Assembly (NCBI GenBank): GCA_021162685.1 | Contig: JAGGYF010000008.1 | Coordinates: forward strand, 1-11,601 | Length of the DNA stretch: 11,601 nucleotides | DNA from: Candidatus Iainarchaeum sp. | GTDB lineage: Archaea; B1Sed10-29; WALL01 | Direction of reading: 5' to 3' | In this document: positions 7,437 through 11,601 of the stretch, in pieces | Numbering within the stretch: the stretch's first letter is position 1 | Layout: every line of letters starts with the position of its first letter | Notes under the pieces: model-generated | What the model saw: the letters and a program-made list of their open reading frames with translations, nothing else | Told to the model about the DNA's origin: nothing | The model's database searches: none | Program-made: the position numbers and the translations under genes

Positions 7437-7580
7437 GAGGGGCGACAGCCATGCGAACGTGCGGAACAAGAAAGAGAGGAGGGTGGGAGTTCACATGGCT
7501 GACATCCCCAATGTCGCTTGAGGTTTCGCGAGGTGTTTTTGTTACCAAGAGCAGCGAACTTTTGGGGGTTTTCCCACCCG
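7437..7580 (-). ncRNA. Candidate structured RNA (sRNA, or 3'UTR/terminator element) of unknown family
   Basis: Visibly GC-richer than its flanks. ~20-bp imperfect inverted repeat 7439-7458 / 7489-7508, further pairings 7481-7488 / 7572-7579 and 7523-7529 / 7554-7559. A U-run follows on the minus strand (7433-7429). Confidence 0.5.
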
Positions 7581-7586
7581 TGAGCA

Positions 7587-8030
7587 TTATATGTAGTATA
7601 TCACCCTTTTTCCAGCGCGTTTCTTTTTCAGCAATCCTTCCTTTGCCAATTGGTTCAATCTTGCGCTGGCGGCGTTTTTTCCCTTGTATTTAAACTTCTT
7701 CTGCACCTCCTCTGCACACACTTTTTTCTTTAATTTTACGTATTTCAGGATCTCTTTATCCACATCAGAGAGGAATGCCTCAATTTCTTCTTTTCCTGCA
7801 CTTCCTTCCCTGATACTGTCACGCATCTGTCGTGATATTTCCACAAGCTCTTCAAGTTTTTTGTCAATGCTGCGGAACAGCGCATTTGTGAGTTTGCGCT
7901 CTTCCACGAGCCTGTGGATCATCGCTCCAACGACATATGGATCCTTGAATTTTTCTAGGTCATATTCTACATCTCTTGAAAGGAACGCATATTCATCTGG
8001 TCCGTATTTTTTTGGTATGTGCTCTTGCAT
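7587..8030 (-). CDS. Coiled-coil plus C-terminal winged-HTH protein, putative DNA-binding regulator
   Basis: Heptad-like LVEERKLTNALFRSIDKKLEELVEI, then LSDVDKEILKYV......CAEEVQKKF.YKGKNAASARLNQLAKEGLLKKKRAGKRVIY. ATG 8030 is preferred because 8031-8114 holds promoter elements. Confidence 0.8.
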   Translation of the reverse strand: MQEHIPKKYGPDEYAFLSRDVEYDLEKFKDPYVVGAMIHRLVEERKLTNALFRSIDKKLEELVEISRQMRDSIREGSAGKEEIEAFLSDVDKEILKYVKLKKKVCAEEVQKKFKYKGKNAASARLNQLAKEGLLKKKRAGKRVIYYI

Positions 8031-8047
8031 CACTGTACCCCGTAACC

Positions 8048-8114
8048 ACTTTGTACAAGTCATGATTATATCATGACTATTATTTAAATGTTTCGGTTGT
8101 GCAAAATTGTACAA
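8048..8114. promoter_or_regulatory. Palindromic operator cluster and TATA box in the divergent wHTH/histone intergenic region
   Basis: AGTCATGAT-tat-ATCATGACT (8058-8078), TTGTACAA at 8051-8058 and 8107-8114, TTGTGCAA at 8097-8104, minus-strand TTTAAATA at 8088-8081. Confidence 0.6.
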
Positions 8115-8213
8115 AAATGCCGTTTTTCCCCAATTTTAGGGTATATGCTTAAATACCAGTAGTTTTCTTAATCCAGAATAGGGTTGTTTTTACAACCTAA
8201 CGGAGGTTTTAAA

Positions 8214-8390
8214 ATGGCAGATGTTTTGGTTGTACAAAGTAAGGTACATGAATATGTAAAAAGAAAAGGAATGAACATGGCAGGCGATTTCGCAGCTGCA
8301 CTTAGCAAAGAAGTGGCAACACTTATAGAGAGAGCTGCAAAGAGAGCAAAGGCAAATGGAAGAAAGACAGTAAGACCAGATGACTTGTAA
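8214..8390 (+). CDS. Short non-canonical histone-fold protein (58 aa; DUF1931/Bd0055/face-to-face-like)
   Basis: MADVLVVQSKV N-terminus, long alpha2 helix, AKANGRKTVRPDDL with the histone RKTVxxxD motif and a stop right after. SD GGAGG at 8202-8206, TATA-like TTAAATA at 8149-8155. Confidence 0.9.
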   Translation: MADVLVVQSKVHEYVKRKGMNMAGDFAAALSKEVATLIERAAKRAKANGRKTVRPDDL

Positions 8391-8394
8391 GACA

Positions 8395-8430
8395 GGAAGG
8401 CATTTGCCTTCCATTTCTATTTCTTGTTTT
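8395..8430. terminator. Hairpin plus T-rich tract between the convergent histone and ppsA genes
   Basis: GGAAGGC-ATTT-GCCTTCC (8395-8412) followed by ATTTCTATTTCTTGTTTTT on the + strand. Confidence 0.65.
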
Positions 8431-11400
8431 TATATTTTAAATCCAAAGAGTTCAAAGTGTATCTTCTTCTGCTTTTTTTCTTCTCCTCCCTGCTGTTTCA
8501 ATCTCTTCTCTGCTTCAGCAACAACTCTCTTTGTTTTATAGACAACATCGTGGTTTACAGATATGGAGTCAATACCTATGCTCACCAAAAATTCAGCAAA
8601 CTCTGGATAGTTTGATGGTGCTTGTCCACATAAAGAAACCGTTCTACCTTGTGCATGCGCGCCATCAACAATCATTTTCACTGCTTTTTTCACTGCCTCA
8701 TTCCTTTCATCAAATAGGCCCATCCTACCCAAACGTTCCGAGTCTCTATCAACACCCAAAACCAATTGGGTTAAGTCATTTGTCCCTATGGAAAATCCAT
8801 CACAATGTTTTGCGAATTCCTCTGCTAAAAACGCTGTTGATGGTACTTCTGCCATAAACCATAGTTTGAAGTCTTCACTTCTTTCAAGCCCCTCTTCTTT
8901 CATAATTGCCTCAACCTTTTCAGCTTCATCAATCGTTCTGATAAATGGCAACATAATCCACAGATTCTTCAGATTCATCTCTTCCCTTACCTTCTTCACC
9001 GCTTTCAATTCTAATTTAAATGCCTCCTTATAGTCCTCATGATAATACCTTGAACAGCCTCTCCATCCTATCATTGGATTGTCCTCAATAGGCTCAAATT
9101 CCTCTCCTCCGATAAGTTTTCTATATTCATTTGTTTTGAAATCTGAGAGCCTTAATACAACAGGTCTCGGAGCAAAAGCCCTTGCCACCTTTGCAACACC
9201 CTCAGCAAGCTTATCTATGAATACTTGTTGCCTCCCCTCTTTGATAAGTTTCAAGGGATGCTCCTTTATGTATGTCGCTATAATAAACTCCTCCCTCATC
9301 AGCCCAACACCATCAACAGGGAGTTTTGCGTATTCCTCAGCCTTTTCAGGGACTCCAAGATTAAGATAAACCTTTGTTTTTGTTTCAGGTACAGGACCAA
9401 CTTCCTCTTTTACCTCTTCTATCTCCTTCTTTCCTCTGTATACAATACCCTTTGTGGCATCCACTGTTATCACATCACCATCATTAACAATCTGTGTTAT
9501 CTTTTCTGTGCCAACAACACATGGAACACCAAGCTCCCTTGATACAATTGCAGCATGGCAATTTGCAACAAGTACGGGAGTGAGTTGCTCTGTAAGAACA
9601 ATATAGTTATGGTTGTCCCTAACTTCAATGTTATATACCTCCTGTATTCCCAGTTCCGAGTCATACGCTACCCTCTTCATCCTCAAGTCTGAATCTATTA
9701 TCTTATTAAGCTCCGTCTTTTCCTTTTCTGGTGCCATAGGAATGACTTTATTCCGGATTTTCTCAGAATCTATAAGCAAGTTTTTTTGAACATATGGTTT
9801 TATCTTCCCCTTCCAATTTACATCATCAATTATATCTTCCAGCACTTGCTTTGCTGCAAAATATTTAGTCCCTTGGTGTTTTGTCCTTACATCAGCTTTA
9901 ATTCTTTTTGTGTATTTGAGTATCTTGTCAATGCCCTCTACTATCTGTATGTTCGTGCAGTTCTCCCTGTTTCTATACAAGGTTGGTTGTATACCAAGTC
10001 TTAAACAACTCAATACTATTGCCTTTGTTAGGTTAGAATCTCCGCTATAGATGTGTAGCCTGCAGCCATGGCCATGGTGGAAACTTCCATCACCATCAGC
10101 AACACCTGCCAAGAACATACATAGGCTTTCCTCATCAGTTGTCAGTACCCATGATTCCAGCTGCTCGTACATCGAGTTCAGCATAAGGGCGGGCTGTTTT
10201 TGGGCGCAGTAAAGGCGTGTTGCATTGCTGGTGAAAGTGTATCCTCTTATTGTTGATGTGTAGGAGTGATCTGTGGAAGTTAAGGGACTATCAAACACTT
10301 CATTGAAATACGTATTCACACAATCTATGAACTCTTTTTTATCTGGGCAGTCTTTTTGTATGAATGACACCTGCCCTTTTGTTCCTCTCAGGCTGATGTT
10401 CCCATCTGTGAATACTGCACCCATAAGATATGCTAGTTTTCTATTTTTCTCGCTGCTCTCAGATAATGGTGGGATATAATCTATAGTACAGAGTGCTTGG
10501 GCATCGTCGAGTATATGAGATATTTCTTTTTTTATCAGTCTTCTGTTTTCAAGGATGATCATTCTGTGGTCTGGGGTAAGTTCAAGTGTATTGCCTCTGG
10601 CCTTTCCTGTTTGAGACAAGCGTACACGTATGACAGGGGCCTTCCTCTTCATTGCAGCATCAATCTTTTTCCATTCAGTTTTCATGGTTTTTTGATTTAC
10701 AGAGAGAGTGTACAATCGTTCCCCAGCCTCCATCCTCTCATAAACTTCTGCGAGTGGCATTATCCCTCTGTTTGTAATTATCTGCGTTTTTCCTGTGAAA
10801 CACGTCAAACCCCCCTCATCAGTAACAATAGCTGCAGCCTTCCTCATTGCAGGAACCATATCTGGATTTGTCATCTTCGTTGTAAGTATATCGCCTTGCT
10901 CTACTTTATCAAGTTCATCTATACTATGAACAACCTTAACTGTACCTGTTGCAACACCAGGAGATGCAGGCATACCTTTTGCTATAACCTCACCAGTTAC
11001 CTCTTCTGTTACCTCTTTTTTCATGCTTAAGGTGGTGATAGCCCTTGACTGTACAATATATAATCTCCCTTCTTCTAATGCCCACTCAATATCCTGTGGC
11101 TTTCCATAGTGCTCCTCAATCCTCTTCCCTATGCCAGCTAACTCAATAATCTTCTCATCACTTAGCTTCTGATTTCTTCCTGTTTTCTCATCAAGTTCTA
11201 TGACAGTTGTCCCTAATGCCTTTTCATTTCTAACAATCTTGAAATCCTGCTTTCTAATACTCTTTTTTAATATCTTCATAGTCTCCTTATCCACAACATA
11301 GGTATCAGGATTTACTGAACCAGAAACAACAGCTTCTCCCAACCCATAAGCTGCCTCAATAATTATCTTTGTTGTATCCCCAGTTGGTTCTGCAGTAAAC

Positions 11401-11601
11401 ATAACACCAGCAACTTCAGATTTTACCATCTGTTGAACAACAACAGCAATTCCTACCTTTGAGTGGTCAAAACCTTGCTGCACTCTGTAAAAGATTGCCC
11501 TTGGTGTATACAGTGATGCCCAGCATTTTCTAACTGCTTTTATCACTTCGTTTTCTCCCTGCACATCCAAAAATGTTGCTTGCTGTCCTGCAAATGATGC
11601 T
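8430..11601 (-). CDS. ppsA: Phosphoenolpyruvate synthase (pyruvate, water dikinase), 5'-truncated by the window edge, intein-containing
   Basis: The frame stays open to the edge (ASFAGQQATFLDV). Motifs VVVQQMV, GLGEAVVSG, PQDIEWA, QSRAITT, TDEGGLT|CHAAIVSRELG, RLSDFKTNEY, NPMIGWRG, FSIGTNDLTQ, CGQAPS. Confidence 0.98.
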   Translation of the reverse strand, partial: ASFAGQQATFLDVQGENEVIKAVRKCWASLYTPRAIFYRVQQGFDHSKVGIAVVVQQMVKSEVAGVMFTAEPTGDTTKIIIEAAYGLGEAVVSGSVNPDTYVVDKETMKILKKSIRKQDFKIVRNEKALGTTVIELDEKTGRNQKLSDEKIIELAGIGKRIEEHYGKPQDIEWALEEGRLYIVQSRAITTLSMKKEVTEEVTGEVIAKGMPASPGVATGTVKVVHSIDELDKVEQGDILTTKMTNPDMVPAMRKAAAIVTDEGGLTCFTGKTQIITNRGIMPLAEVYERMEAGERLYTLSVNQKTMKTEWKKIDAAMKRKAPVIRVRLSQTGKARGNTLELTPDHRMIILENRRLIKKEISHILDDAQALCTIDYIPPLSESSEKNRKLAYLMGAVFTDGNISLRGTKGQVSFIQKDCPDKKEFIDCVNTYFNEVFDSPLTSTDHSYTSTIRGYTFTSNATRLYCAQKQPALMLNSMYEQLESWVLTTDEESLCMFLAGVADGDGSFHHGHGCRLHIYSGDSNLTKAIVLSCLRLGIQPTLYRNRENCTNIQIVEGIDKILKYTKRIKADVRTKHQGTKYFAAKQVLEDIIDDVNWKGKIKPYVQKNLLIDSEKIRNKVIPMAPEKEKTELNKIIDSDLRMKRVAYDSELGIQEVYNIEVRDNHNYIVLTEQLTPVLVANCHAAIVSRELGVPCVVGTEKITQIVNDGDVITVDATKGIVYRGKKEIEEVKEEVGPVPETKTKVYLNLGVPEKAEEYAKLPVDGVGLMREEFIIATYIKEHPLKLIKEGRQQVFIDKLAEGVAKVARAFAPRPVVLRLSDFKTNEYRKLIGGEEFEPIEDNPMIGWRGCSRYYHEDYKEAFKLELKAVKKVREEMNLKNLWIMLPFIRTIDEAEKVEAIMKEEGLERSEDFKLWFMAEVPSTAFLAEEFAKHCDGFSIGTNDLTQLVLGVDRDSERLGRMGLFDERNEAVKKAVKMIVDGAHAQGRTVSLCGQAPSNYPEFAEFLVSIGIDSISVNHDVVYKTKRVVAEAEKRLKQQGGEEKKQKKIHFELFGFKI
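9561..10802 (-). mobile_element. Intein (414 aa) with LAGLIDADG/DOD homing endonuclease in ppsA
   Basis: Block A CFTGKTQI, block B LTPDH, blocks C and E YLMGAVFTDG and FLAGVADGDG, block F VYNIEVRDNHNY, C-terminus VLVAN|C. Removing it restores GGLTCHAAIVSRELG. Confidence 0.96.

Noticed and set aside
7437-7580. Identity as tRNA, SRP RNA, RNase P RNA, hammerhead ribozyme or CRISPR repeat
   Set aside because: No cloverleaf or T-loop, no SRP helix-8 motif, no GAGGAAAGUCC, no CUGANGA core, and no direct repeat-spacer periodicity.
7393-7693. ORFs 7393-7587 (-) and 7451-7693 (+) across the structured gap
   Set aside because: No recognisable protein features, they overlap real genes, and the region is better explained by base-pairing structure.
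8031-8213. Longer N-termini from the ORF track (starts at 8114 and 8184)
   Set aside because: These extensions run through TATA boxes and palindromes. The SD position supports 8214 and the promoter position supports 8030.
8424-11030. Multiple + strand ORFs within ppsA and its intein
   Set aside because: Antisense shadows of a highly conserved gene.
11568-11570. TTG at 11570 as the ppsA start
   Set aside because: The frame continues to the window edge through the conserved ASFAGQQ motif, so the real start lies outside the window.

Overview
AT-rich, very compact archaeal chromosomal segment. Archaeal origin is supported by RIO1 kinase, TATA-type promoters and an archaeal-type PEP synthase; a DPANN-like lineage is only an inference from gene style. 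Gene order: RHH regulator (+), M29 aminopeptidase (+), RIO1 (-), small Zn-ribbon protein (+), a minus-strand block of NUDIX hydrolase, membrane-tethered wHTH protein, small membrane protein and secreted vWA protein, then a tandem pair of NrdG/PflA-like radical SAM paralogues (+), a membrane-anchored acidic protein (-), a GC-rich structured intergenic element, a coiled-coil/wHTH protein (-) divergent from a short non-canonical histone (+), and a 5'-truncated ppsA (-) carrying a 414-aa LAGLIDADG intein. Most notable: (1) the first radical SAM paralogue is an intact ORF that has cleanly lost the whole CxxxCxxC loop and sits next to an intact copy, a candidate pseudoenzyme/enzyme pair; (2) a ~150-nt candidate ncRNA or switch with a long hairpin and a CU-rich, anti-SD-like loop; (3) a palindrome-rich divergent promoter linking a wHTH gene to a Bd0055/face-to-face-like histone. 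All calls come from reading motifs by eye; no searches were run.
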